Source: Octopus sinensis (taxonomy: Eukaryota). From it: a stretch of 64,000 nucleotides of DNA. The DNA is taken from assembly GCF_006345805.1 (NCBI RefSeq), contig NC_043004.1, positions 53,382,001-53,446,000 of the forward strand, in the 5' to 3' direction. Of this stretch, positions 37,795-49,911 are shown one piece after another (the stretch's first letter is position 1; every line of letters begins with the position of its first letter). A program made the translations under genes and the position numbers. The notes under the pieces were generated by a model, which did no database searches, had not been told where the DNA came from, and was given only the letters and a program-made list of their open reading frames with translations.

Positions 37795-39169
37795 TATGCT
37801 GAGGTATTTCTTTAATGTAAATCTGCAAGGTAAATAACTCTTAGCATTCGCTGCTTTCACCAACAGTTTCAAGTAAACCAAAGACCAAGTTAGAATAAAC
37901 ATCGATAAAACAAGTGTTGGAGCAACTATTTGAATGAATAATGCTCTGCACACAACTAAATTAAATGATTGGGCATAGACCAATGCCAGTTAAATTCCCC
38001 ACTTCCAGATTTCTTTTTCAAAGCAGACATCTCTGCAGTGCCTTCTCTGAAACTTCCGTTGGGATTGCTTCAGTGAAATATGATCGTTTAAGAGAGTTTT
38101 AATGCAGTTCTAAGTGAGGCCGTTATTATGCCAGGAAACAGTATTGCTGTCAGATTAAATTTCTCCCGTAATTTGAAGCTTTCGATAGGCAATTATTTTA
38201 AGGAGGCACTTATTAGAGGTAATGGAGACACAAAAATGGATAATGACAGTATTGATATTTTTAAATATAACCGAAATTAAATTGTTTATCAGTGCACTTC
38301 CCTATCCTTATACGTTTAACATGTATCAATGATATAACAGAAAATTATAAATATTTAAATTTCATTAAATATTCTAATTTCAATGCAGGTGCGTGCATTT
38401 AGAACATAAACTGGATTGTACGATATAATATTTCTTTGACTAATTTCTTCACTTTAAGAACAGAAGCATGCTTTGTATATCATCTGTGGCGCAACTGATA
38501 GGCTGCGATTGGTTTATGAGTTCAGACTGAATACGAGAGAATGTGATTCTTAAAAGACATAAATTTACTATGGCAAGTAAAATATAGCCTTCATCATAAT
38601 TTTCTTTTCAGAAATTATTCATCATGAAATTTATACTCATACACATAACATTAACTATGGGGAGATTATCATCTACTTCTAGTAAACTTATTTCTCTATA
38701 TTATTTAGATTTACCTACAAACATAGATTTACCTACAAACATTACGACCTTCGTCGGAAGAAACATGAGTTCAAGTAGGTTGGAAAAGTTGTACTTAGTT
38801 TGTGCATCCATTGAAATCAAAAATATAATCCCCTTAGATATTTTAAAATGAAAAATTATTTATTGATAACCCAGATTAAGGTCCTAATTTGCATATTTAT
38901 CAAGTAAACTAATTGACAAGCAAGATAATGTAAGCGAAAATTGCATCTTACTAAAAAGTGAATCTGTAACATCCCAAAGCGATTCTATTAAATGCGTATA
39001 ATTAATTCCAATACTTTGTGCGAATGATAATAAAATATGTGCTTCTTAGCTTTATCCTGTCGTTATATGTATATAGAATTGGTAGGCCTGCAGGGGCGAC
39101 TTCTACTTTGCTATAAGCAACCCTGCTCGGACTTGTGCCTCGGAGGGGAACTTTCTAGTAGCAATTTAG

Positions 39170-39920
39170 AGGGGTGGGGTGGGGTAGGGATATGGATGGA
39201 GTGGGATAGAGTGGGGAAGGAGTGGGAGGATAGGAAAGGTTGAGTAGGGGTGGGTGGGTTTGTGGAAGAGGGGAAGGTGGGTATATGAGGAGAGAGAGGA
39301 GGCGAGAAGGAGAGAAGAGAGGAGAAAGGGAGAGAAGAGAGGAGAGGGGGACGGGGGACGGGGGAGAGAAGAGAGGGGAGGGAGAATAGGATGTGGGACG
39401 AGGGCAGGAGGGGAAAGAGGAAAGGAGGGGAGAGAGGAGAGGAGTGGGAAGGAGAGGAGGAGGAAGGAGGGAGAGAGGGGAGAGAAGGGGAGTGATGGAG
39501 CAGAAAGAAAGAGAGAAGGGAGAAGAGAGTAGGGAAGAAGAGGGAAAAAGAGTAGAGGGGAAGAGGGAAGAAGAGAGAAGAGGGAAGAAGGGAAAGAAGG
39601 GAAGAAGAGGGAAGAAGGGAAAGAGGGAAGAAGAGGGAAAGAGAGTAGGAGTGAAAGGATGTAGGAGTGAAGAGAAGTAGGAGTCGGGGAGGAGGTTAGA
39701 TTAAAAGGGGGGGAATTGAGCCCAAATGGCGTAAAAGAGCGAAGAGAGAAGATTAATCTCTGTTCACGCCGCAAGCGGGAATCTGGATGGCCTCGGTTCA
39801 AGGACAATCCGGACACAGACAGGTGTTGCAAGGAGTGACCGGTGGAGCGGAAATGGCGTAAGACTGGAGTGTCATTGGCGAGTCGAATGTCTCGGAGTTG
39901 TTCCGCGAACCGGTCAGCCG
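39170..39920 (-). mobile_element. Penelope-like element 3' fragment: GIY-YIG C-terminal half (39700-39920) plus CT-rich tail
   Basis: RFAEQLRDIRLANDTPVLRHFRSTGHSLQHLSVSGL..RLRREQRLIFSLRSFTPFGLN fits the PLE endonuclease RxxEH..PVAxHF..H..E..I..L.T..P.GLN pattern. Confidence 0.8.
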
Positions 39921-39966
39921 AGATAGATAGATAGATAGATAGATAGACAGATAGATAGATAGATAA

Positions 39967-40022
<56 letters not shown>

Positions 40023-40047
40023 GTAGGTAGGTAGGTAGGTAGGTAGG

Positions 40048-40127
<80 letters not shown>

Positions 40128-40540
40128 CATATGCATACATACAAACATACATGCATACATAAATACATACATATATATATATATTGGTATGTGTATGTGT
40201 ATTTATATGTATATATATATGTGGGTGGGCAGGTGTATTTACATATATATTTATTTATATATACATATATATCTATTAAATTATGTATACGTACAAACAT
40301 GTGTCTGTTTTTGTCTCCATCCCCATCTCTTCACAGCTAGCAAAACATGAGTTACTCCTCTGTTTTTTCCGTCCCTCCAGGCTCTCCCTCTCTCCTTCTG
40401 CCGAAAAACCATGCACGAAACGTTATACAAGCACTCTTTCCCCCCTTTATACTGAGCCTCAGCCTAATACATTCTATGTGGAAATTTTTTTGACTTTTGT
40501 CTTGTTATTCTTAATTATAGCTTTACTCATATATACATAC

Positions 40541-40588
<48 letters not shown>

Positions 40589-40958
40589 GTGTGATAGAAG
40601 GTTGGTGTTCACTTTTGTTATCTAAATTAATCTAAGTCGGCAGAATCTATAAGTTTTCCAACAAAAGTATTTTGAAGAACAAAGAAACAAATGCCTAGAA
40701 TTTTCATCCACACCACAAATGCCTAGAAGTCTCAGGTTACGTTTTTTGAGATTATAATTTTATAGACTATACGACTTAGGTTTAATATATATAGTGATCA
40801 ACTTTATGTCTGTACTAAGTTTTCATCGGTTTACATGTCAGCAGGTAATAAAATTACTATCCCTGGTTTCTAAATAAAGGTTTTAAAGTTTGAAATGGAT
40901 TTTGAACCGGAAATGAAGCAAAGGATATTGAACGAGGGTACAGATCGAACTATGATCG

Positions 40959-41000
<42 letters not shown>

Positions 41001-41130
41001 GTAATAATTATATTTAAACCTCTAATAGGGATGTTTTATCCATGATACACTGGTTAAATAAATTTTATTTTGAAGAGATATTTCTTCAATAAATATATTA
41101 TATATAATATTGTAAAATATCAAACATTAT

Positions 41131-41477
41131 TATCGAGTTAGGAAACAGAGAGATCTAACTAATACAAATTAAATTAATAATTACTTAACATATTCACCTA
41201 CAATTGTTTCATTTGACAAACATTTAAAATTAGAAAGCATATGTAAATATATACTTTTGCATTTTAAATACCTTCTATGGATCCAAATGTAAACCTTATT
41301 GTCCTTTGTAAACCCTAATGACTTTCCATACAAGGTATTTAAAATGCAAAACTACATATTTATATATGTTTTGTAATTTTTATTTTATTTGTGTAATGAG
41401 ACATGTGTAAATGAATATGTTAGATGCTTAATAAATTAATTTGTATCCATTAGATCTTTGTATTCTCTAACTCGATA
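41131..41477. repeat. Imperfect foldback (long inverted repeat), MITE-like
   Basis: TATCGAGTTAG/CTAACTCGATA at the ends; TTTTGCATTTTAAATACCTT.TATGGA / TCCATACAAGGTATTTAAAATGCAAAA near the centre. Confidence 0.88.
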
Positions 41478-41637
41478 GTATATATATAAAACGAAAGTAT
41501 GAGAGGTATTGGTATCTAGAAAACACAAAGTGTGTCAGGTAACACTAAGTAAGTGCTATGGATAGACCTTGGTTAAACTCTTGGCTCGATGATGATACGA
41601 GTGAGGAGTGTAACATGGGTCTTGTATTAGCATGCAT

Positions 41638-42662
41638 ATATATATTAGACAGAATGAGATAACAAATCCAAGGCTGTGAGGAGTTTTCAGGACATTTATA
41701 TGAAATAGTCTTACACATACCCCTTCATCAAAGATGGTGTGAGAAGATATTTGAGTTCGAGTTTTGTGGTAAAGGAGAAAATTATAAGAAATGAAAGTAG
41801 AAATAAGACATATAAAGATATTGTAGTTGCAGTTCCATTATTCGAGGAAAATGGTGTATAAAAGTGGTAAAAAAAGTTGCTTATACAAGGTATGTAAGTT
41901 CCGTTCGAAAGCGTTTTGTGGTGTGGAGGAAAATTTGAGAAGGTATTCGTAGTATTTATGGATAGATGGAGGGAGGGGAGATGTGTATCATTAGAAAAAG
42001 GAGATAGGTAAAATTTAAAACAGGAAGAGAAAATGAGAGGATGAAAGAGAGTAAAACGAAAAACAGAAAAAGGGAGTGAGATAAAAATAAAGACTGAAAA
42101 AAAAAAGAAAAGGTGAAGGAACTGTGAAAGAGAGTGTTAGTGGGTGGTCAAGACAATGTGATGGGAGGATGGGAGAGCTGTAGAGGAGAGATAGGAAGAA
42201 ATGAGAAAGTAAGGAGTAAAAGAATGAGGGATATGTGAGTAGAGGTGATATGACAAAGCTGCATTAATGGTTGCATAGAGAAAAGTTAGTGAAAAGGTAT
42301 GGTTGGGTTGAAAGCGGAGTATTAGTTTTGGTAGTAAAATTTGAGATGGAGGGAAGAACACAAGGATGTCAAATTACTATAAATAGAAGTGTGTGGTAGG
42401 TTAGTGATAGGAAAGAAGGTATAATGGCATACATACACATGTACTCATACACATATATATTTGCGTATATGTATACATATACACGCACACACATATAGAG
42501 ATATATATACATGAGTCTACACATACATACGCATGTATACACACACATATATACACACTCAGATGAAGGAATATCCATAATATCCCAGGAACAGTTGTAA
42601 GACTATTTCATTATAGATGTCCTGAAAACACCTCACAGCCTTGGATTTGTTATCTGCTCCTG

Positions 42663-42670
<8 letters not shown>
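41638..42670 (-). mobile_element. Degenerate Penelope-like copy with inverted pseudo-LTRs
   Basis: ~85-bp inverted repeats (41638-41720 vs 42595-42670); hammerhead remnants at 42555-42604 (+) and ~41705-41735 (-); the interior is only weakly PLE-like. Confidence 0.55.
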
Positions 42671-42721
<51 letters not shown>

Positions 42722-42725
<4 letters not shown>

Positions 42726-43031
42726 TGTGATCACCGTGACCGACCAGGCTATCAGATGTTGCTACACATCGCTGGTCACAATACGCTTCGCATTGTTTTA
42801 GCCTTCAAATGACGCCACCCCGCTGGCTAAGCGAGCAGGCCAACAGAAGAAAGAGTGAGAGAAAGTTGTGGCGAAAGAGTACAGCAGGGATCGCCCCCTC
42901 CCCTTCCGAAGCCTCGTGGAGCTTTAGGTGTTTTCGCTCAATAAACACTCACAACGCCCGGTCTGGGAATTGAACTCGCGATCCTACGACCGCGAGTCCG
43001 CTGCCCTGACCACTGGGCCAATGCGCCTCCA
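42722..43031 (-). mobile_element. tRNA-derived SINE family C
   Basis: GGAGGCGCATTGGCCCAGTGGTCAGG (A box)..GAGTTCAATTCCC (B box). Confidence 0.85.
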
Positions 43032-43046
43032 TATATATATATATAG

Positions 43047-43369
43047 TGAAGGCGCGTGGCTTAGTGGTTAGGGAATTCGGCTCACGATTGTAAGGTTGTG
43101 AGTTCGATTCCAAGCGACGCGTTGTGTCCTTGAGCAAGACACTTTATTTCATGTTGCTCCAGTCCGCTCAGCTGGCAAAAATGAGTTGTACCAGTATTTC
43201 AAAGGGCCGGCCTTGTCACACTGTGTGTCACGCTTAATCTCCCTGAGAACTACGTTAAGGGTACACGTGTCTGTGGAGTGCTCAGACACTTGCACGTTAA
43301 TTTCACGAGCAGGCTGTTCTGTTGATCATATCAGCTGGGACCCTCGTCGTCGTAACCGACGGAGTGCTC

Positions 43370-43370
<1 letters not shown>
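43047..43370 (+). mobile_element. tRNA-derived SINE family D
   Basis: GGCGCGTGGCTTAGTGGTTAGG..GAGTTCGATTCC..TGTGTCCTTGAGCAAGACAC. Confidence 0.85.
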
Positions 43371-43406
<36 letters not shown>

Positions 43407-43433
43407 TATATATGCATACATGGACAGACAGAG

Positions 43434-43498
<65 letters not shown>

Positions 43499-45045
43499 AT
43501 TGGTTGAATAGAATCCCCTTTCGCATTATTGACATCATCATTTCCGTAGTACTTGAAATCCTTAAGTTAAAATAAGCATTAATCTCAATTCTTTGCATTC
43601 TTTGTGTTGTTTACGCCTTTTCACATTATTTTACATCATAGTGTCTAAATTCTTATCGGTTTTTCCATTGAAAACTCACTTTGATCAGACCTATATCAGA
43701 AATTGCATCATTTATCATATACATATGAACAGAATATGTTCATAAGTATATGACAAGAGAATGAATGAGTTGGGTGGAAATAAAGAAGCTGAGATAACTG
43801 TAATATAGAAATGGCAATTTCAATTCCAGTTTCCTCTTTGCCTCTACTTGCAAACAATCAAACTAAGAAATCTACGCTCTAAACTGTATGTAATAGCACC
43901 CGTGCAGATAGGTTGGAATGTAGAATGAATTAGCAAAAGTATCACGTCTGAAAATCCATTTTGTGGGGAAGACCAGCAACATTACCATGCCGATAGCAAC
44001 ATGGAAATCACAGACATATAAACGTACTACTAGTCACAGAATATAAATAACAGTTTGTTTTTTATAACGCATATGTCAAATAATCTTTTTAATGAATCTC
44101 TGTCTCTATGATATTATATGAAGATTTGAGGAGCAAGCGGAGATCAAGAAAATTCCTTCAATTTAACCTGACTTTCAAAGCTATCTGGAACCTGGTGTTC
44201 CCATTAAAGGAATTAAACTTTTGTGCTGCACGATGAGTTTGATACTGAAACCACGTAATAATGAAGAACATTTCTTAACCAATCAGCAATGTCTCCGCCA
44301 ATGTAAAGCTTTAAGTGAAAAGTTTACTATCTAAACCATTATCACCGTCAATTCTTAATCAAATATATCAAATGGATATCCCATGTTATGAGATATAATC
44401 TACTTGTTGTACACGAACTATTGATTTTTTTCTCCTATATAAGGAAAATGGCAGAAGTTTCGTTTGATGTTTTTCTTCTCATGAGAACTATAAAATCCAT
44501 AGACTATCTACCCTGTAGGAAAAATTGATATGTTTCTGATTTGCAGCGAGGATAAAAGATTTCAACAGACAGATATCAATCTAGGTTGCCGCTTACATAT
44601 GGAGGTTGGGAAAACGTTCATAAGCAACATTAAAAGTGCACGTTTACTAAGTAAAATGATGGATGGGAAAGACATCATCGAAGGTTGGTGTTCACATTAG
44701 TTATCTAAATTAATCTAAGTTGGCAGAATCTATAAGTTTTCCAACAAAAGTATTTTGAAGAAGAACAAAGAAACAAGTGTCTAGAAGTCTCAGGTTACGT
44801 TTTTTGAGATTATAATTTTATAGACTATACGACTTAGGTTTAATATATATAGTAATAAACTTTATATATATACTAAAATTTCATCGGTTAACATGTCAGT
44901 AGGTAGTATAATTACTATCCCTGGTTTCTAGATAAAGGTTTTAAAGTTTGAAATGAATTTTGAGCCAGAAAAAAGCAGAGTATATTGACCAATGGAACAG
45001 ATCGAACTACGATGTTGGGATAACTGTAATGTTTATATATATATA

Positions 45046-45144
<99 letters not shown>

Positions 45145-45183
45145 ATATATATATAATATATATATATATATATACATATATTC

Positions 45184-45580
45184 TCTTTTCTCTTTTGCTT
45201 CTTTCAGTCATTTGACTGCGGCCATGCTGGAGCACCGCCTTTAGTCGAGCAAATCGACCCCGGGACTTATTCTTTGTAATCCCAGTACTTATTCTATCGA
45301 TGTCTTTTGCCGAACCGCTAAGTGACGAGGACGTAAACACACCAGCATTGGTTGTCAAGCAATGCTAGGGGGACAAACACAGACACACAAACACACACAC
45401 ACATATATATATATACACATATACGACAAGCTTCTTTCAGTTTCCGTCTACCAAATCCACTCACAAGGCATTGGTCAGCCCGGGGCTATAGCAGAAGACA
45501 CTTGCCCAAGATGCCACGCAGTGGGACTGAACCCGGAACCATGTGGTTGGTTAGCAAGCTACTTACTACACAGCCACTCC
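45184..45580 (-). mobile_element. Full-length SINE family A
   Basis: Complete head, internal (TA/CA)n and 3' half; the least diverged copy in the window. Confidence 0.9.
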
Positions 45581-45922
45581 TGTGCCTATATATTGTAATG
45601 CTATGATAAATAATTCGAAGCTTATCATCTAAATAAAACACAAACAACAAACTCAACAATTACGAAGCACAAGATACATAGACTTCACACCATCGATTAC
45701 ATTGAAGTGTAAATGTCAGATAATCAATTTCATGGTATTACTTAAACAAAACTTTAAATTTCAACGCGAAACCAAATGCACTGCCTAATGCTAGATTGTA
45801 GCGCACGATTTTCCGCTGCGAAATAGAAAAGCGGGAGAGAAATTTAAGGATGAACATATAGATACATTACTAAAAATTGTCCCGGGAATAAAGGGAAAAA
45901 AATCAAATACGAATTAGGTCAT

Positions 45923-45980
<58 letters not shown>

Positions 45981-46018
45981 CGATAGATAGATCGATAGAT
46001 AAATAGATAGATAGATAA

Positions 46019-46069
<51 letters not shown>

Positions 46070-46491
46070 TGTTTCTTTATTAGCCACACAGGGCTGCACA
46101 CAGATAGAACAAATTACAAGGTAGAGCTTTTCTTTTGGGGGTAAAAAAAAAGGGGGTGGTGGTTTTCGATCAAAAGGGATCGTAAAAGGAAAGAAAGAGG
46201 ACAAAAAAAGGGAGGGGTTAAAAAAAGGGGGGGGGAGAGCAAAAAAAATGAATAATAGGGATCGTTATCACAGAAATGTCAATATGAAGTGTAAAGGGGA
46301 GGACAGGTGAGGTTTACCCGTGGAAAGAAAAGCCTACGGAAAAGACCACGGTAACCTCGGTCAATGAAGTCACATGTTATATTTCTTTTTCTTTTTTTTT
46401 GCAAATAAGCAACTCTCTGTATTAATTTTTACGGTTCATTTAATCATAGTCAAGGTGGCTTCGTCATTCATACGTGCCATCCTTGCTACAT

Positions 46492-49400
46492 TCACCCATC
46501 TTTTTTAAAACATTCACTAGACAAAACTTGCATCTCTACTCTCACTTTTTTCTTCAAGTGATACTTGAAAAAGTTGATGAGAGATTGACCAGAGAGGAAA
46601 GTGTTTGTCTCTAATCCTTTCAGGCACGTCCACCAGATACATTCTTTCGCCATAGCCACAAGTATGATAAAAATAGCTCTTCCTTCCCGTTTGAAGGAAG
46701 GAGGCGTGACGATATTAACGAGAGACTCGGCTGATAAACCGACTCGTCCCACACGTGACAGCAGTCGTTCTACATAAGCCCACAGGTCGAAAATTGCTGG
46801 ACACTGCACGATTGCGTGCAGAGCGGTTTCGTCGCTCTGCCCGTATCTCGGGCAGGTCGGCCCCGTGTTTCTGGAGCCATGCCTATAGAGCTTATCCCGA
46901 ACGGGTAGCGCTTCTCGGTAGCACCGCCAGGCCAGGGATCTCTGGAAGTTGTCCATAGGTCCCGGGCCGAAAGTCGTTTGAAACAGGCGGGTCAGGTATT
47001 CCTCGTCGACGCCCAGGTTTGCCCCGAGATCGTCGTCGTACCTCCCCTCCACTAATCCCCTATAGAATGCTTTGGTTGTGTTGAAGTCACTCAAGGTCGA
47101 CCCGGGACGGCAGAGTTGCTTGAGAGCAACGCGACACTTGCGGTGCCATTCGCCCTTCCTCGGCCTCTTTTTGATCCACGACTGTAGTTCGGTCATGGAG
47201 ACGAGTTGCGAGAATGCGTGCCTCACAAGCGGCGACCACACCTGTTCACCGTCGTCTACATAGAGCCGGAGATGTCGCAGTCTCAGCGCGTGTCTGCGCA
47301 TCATCAACCACGGCATGCCCAGCCCTCCTTTTAACGGGTGTTGACAGCAAATGGATCGCCTGACCATCGGGACGCATCCTTTCCACAAGAAGCGGAAGAG
47401 GATGCGTTCTAGTTTGGTGATGGTAGGGTCGGGACAAGGTACGACGGTCAGGCGGTAGTAGATGATGGACGCGATGTACGCGTTCACCACCTCCGCCCGA
47501 CCTTTTAAGGACAGTTTCCTCTCGGCCCATTGCTGGGCGAGAGTGACCACCCTACTTGTTATCTCGTTCCAGTTCTTCTCCATTTGGAGGTCCGGACCGA
47601 ACCAGACCCCGAGCAACTCAAACGGGCCGTCTGTCCAGCGTCCCACGACGGAGGTACTGGTGGACGGCATGGGCTTGCTTCTCCAGGTGCCGAGCCGCAA
47701 GCCCACTGACTTTTCCCGGTTGATTTTTGCTCCTGTCACCGCTTCGTAGTCTTTCAGTGTCTCGCCGACCCGCTCGATGTGCTCGTGGCTTGGACACTAT
47801 GATGGTGACGTCGTCCGCGTATGCAGACACGCTCGTCCCGCATCCCAATTCTCGCGGGATGCCCCTTAGAGTCGCCAGCTTCCGCAGTAGTGGCTCAAGA
47901 GTCAATACGTATAGAAGCGCCGAGAGGGGGCATCCCTGACGGACCGAACGTGCAATGTCGAAAGGTCTGGATAGATGTCCATTTACGCGAATTACCGAAC
48001 GGATGCCTCTGTACAAGGCAGCTATCCAGCCGCGGAAGACGGGACCGAAACCAGCCGCTCTCAGGACTGCCTTCAAGTATCGATGGTCTACCCTATCAAA
48101 GGCTTTCGATTGATCCAAGTTGATCGGGGCCCCACCCATGCCAGGTTCGTTAACTACCCTGTCTATGATGTAGCGCATCAGATGGAAGTTGTCATGGATG
48201 CTCCGGCCCGGCACGGCGCACGTTTGTGCGTTGTCGACCAGTTTCTCGATGACAAGCGCCAACCTCTTGGCTAACAAAATTTTCAGGTCTGCATGGAGCA
48301 ACGTGATTGGTCTAAAGTTATCTATAATGTTTCCCTTGTTTGGATCTTTCTTCAGCAGAGTTACAGCTCCTCGACTCACAAAACCGGGTATGCTCCCGTT
48401 TTGCTGCCAGTTGCAGTATACCGCTGCCAAGACGTCTCCAAACAAGTCTGGCATACAATTGTAAAACTCGTAGGGTAGACCATCCAAACCCGGTGATTTG
48501 TCCCTCAAGCATTCTGCTATCGCTTCCTGCACTTCCGCCGCCGTGATGGCACCTTCGCAGCACCCTGCCTTTCTTGTCGAGAGTCGTGGCAAGCTATGTA
48601 GGTAGGCACTGAAGTCCACCCTACGTTCTTGCCCTCCACTCGTCCCGAACAGTCGGGCAAAATGCTGCTGAAAGGCCTCACACATTTTACTTGGCTCGAG
48701 CAATTCGTGCCCCTGTTCATCTACCAGTGACCGAATGGTGGCTTTGTTGCCCTGTTGCGCCTCTGCCACCCGGGCCTCTCTCGCGGCTCCAACACCTTCG
48801 TTCCTTAGAGCACGCATCCTAGCTCTGACAGCACATCCTTCGTGTTTGGCGTTGAAGTGTTATTCGAGGGCCAACCTCGCCGCCAAAACGTCGGATGCGA
48901 TGCCGCTTCTAATTGCCACTTCTAGCTTCTTAACTAGCTCACCCTCTACTCTATTTCTATCTATGGCTAGTGCTTTGCTGTACCTAATCGCTTCTGCTTT
49001 TACTGCTCCCTTGAGGGCAAACCACCATTTGTTGTTGATGATGGCTCCCATCAAAGCCCTCTTTAATAGTGTGCTAATCCGGTCTCTGAAAACTTGTCTG
49101 GACGGGAATGATGCGTTCAGTTTCCAGTACCCAGGACCCTGTCTATGTGCCTTATCTAAGTCTAGCGTACACGTCACCAATTTGTGATCCGTGTAGCTGA
49201 CTGTGTGGAATTGTGGACATCCTAAGTTATCCTTGTCTACTGTCCTACACAGTATCCTATCTAGATACGATCTCGACGACCCACTGCGGTTGCTCCATGT
49301 CCACGTTGGTGCATTTCGGTGGTCGAGTCGGTACCTGTCAGACAGTTGGAGTCGTCTCAGCAGGTCTCTGAGGCATTTGCATCCCCTTCTGTTTTTGTCT

Positions 49401-49862
49401 CTACCCACGTAGTCTACATGCGTGTCCAAGGTAGCATTCCAATCCCCCACTAAGAGTAAAGGACGAGACGTTTCCAAGAATACTTCTAGACGTCGAAAGA
49501 AATCCGCCCGACCTGTTAAGGGCGGTGCGTAGACTGATACGAGTCGAAAAGCGCACCCAATGCTGCCGTCAACATCCAGACGACCAGTCTACCCTCCGGG
49601 TCTACGAATATCGTCTTGACTTCGAGATCTAGGCTCTTGTGAAAAAGTACCGCGGTGCCACTACCGCCCATCCTCGGCAGACAGGGAGCGAAATAAATGT
49701 TAAACTGTCCGCCAAACATGGACTTTAGGGCCGTGGCTCGTGGAGTCTGGTCTCACTTATGGCTATGATTCCCAAATCATGTGACTTGATGTCATTTAGG
49801 AGGTATCCTTGTTTCCAAGGAGACCCCAAGCCACGCGCATTCACACAACCAATCTTGACCAT
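46492..49862 (-). pseudogene. Tx1-type ORF2 (APE endonuclease + reverse transcriptase + C-terminal zinc finger), frameshifted
   Basis: MVKIGCVNARGL..ISETRL, LVGDWNATL, SYLDRI, TDHK, PGLDGLPYEFY, NFRPITLL, RQGCPLS, YADD, CPRYGQSDETALHAIVQC. Confidence 0.92.
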
Positions 49863-49911
49863 GATTCTATTGGGGTGTGTGCTTTAAAACACAAAAATGA
49901 AAGTACAGAGA

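Larger units (their letters stand above)
40597..45022. repeat. Pair of ~350-bp direct repeats (40597-40963 and 44680-45022)
   Basis: GAAGGTTGGTGTTCAC..AATCTATAAGTTTTCCAACAAAAG..CAGATCGAACTA shared. Confidence 0.9.

Noticed and set aside
40597-45022. LTR retrotransposon defined by the direct repeats
   Set aside because: No TG..CA termini, PBS, PPT, TSD or gag/pol sequence.
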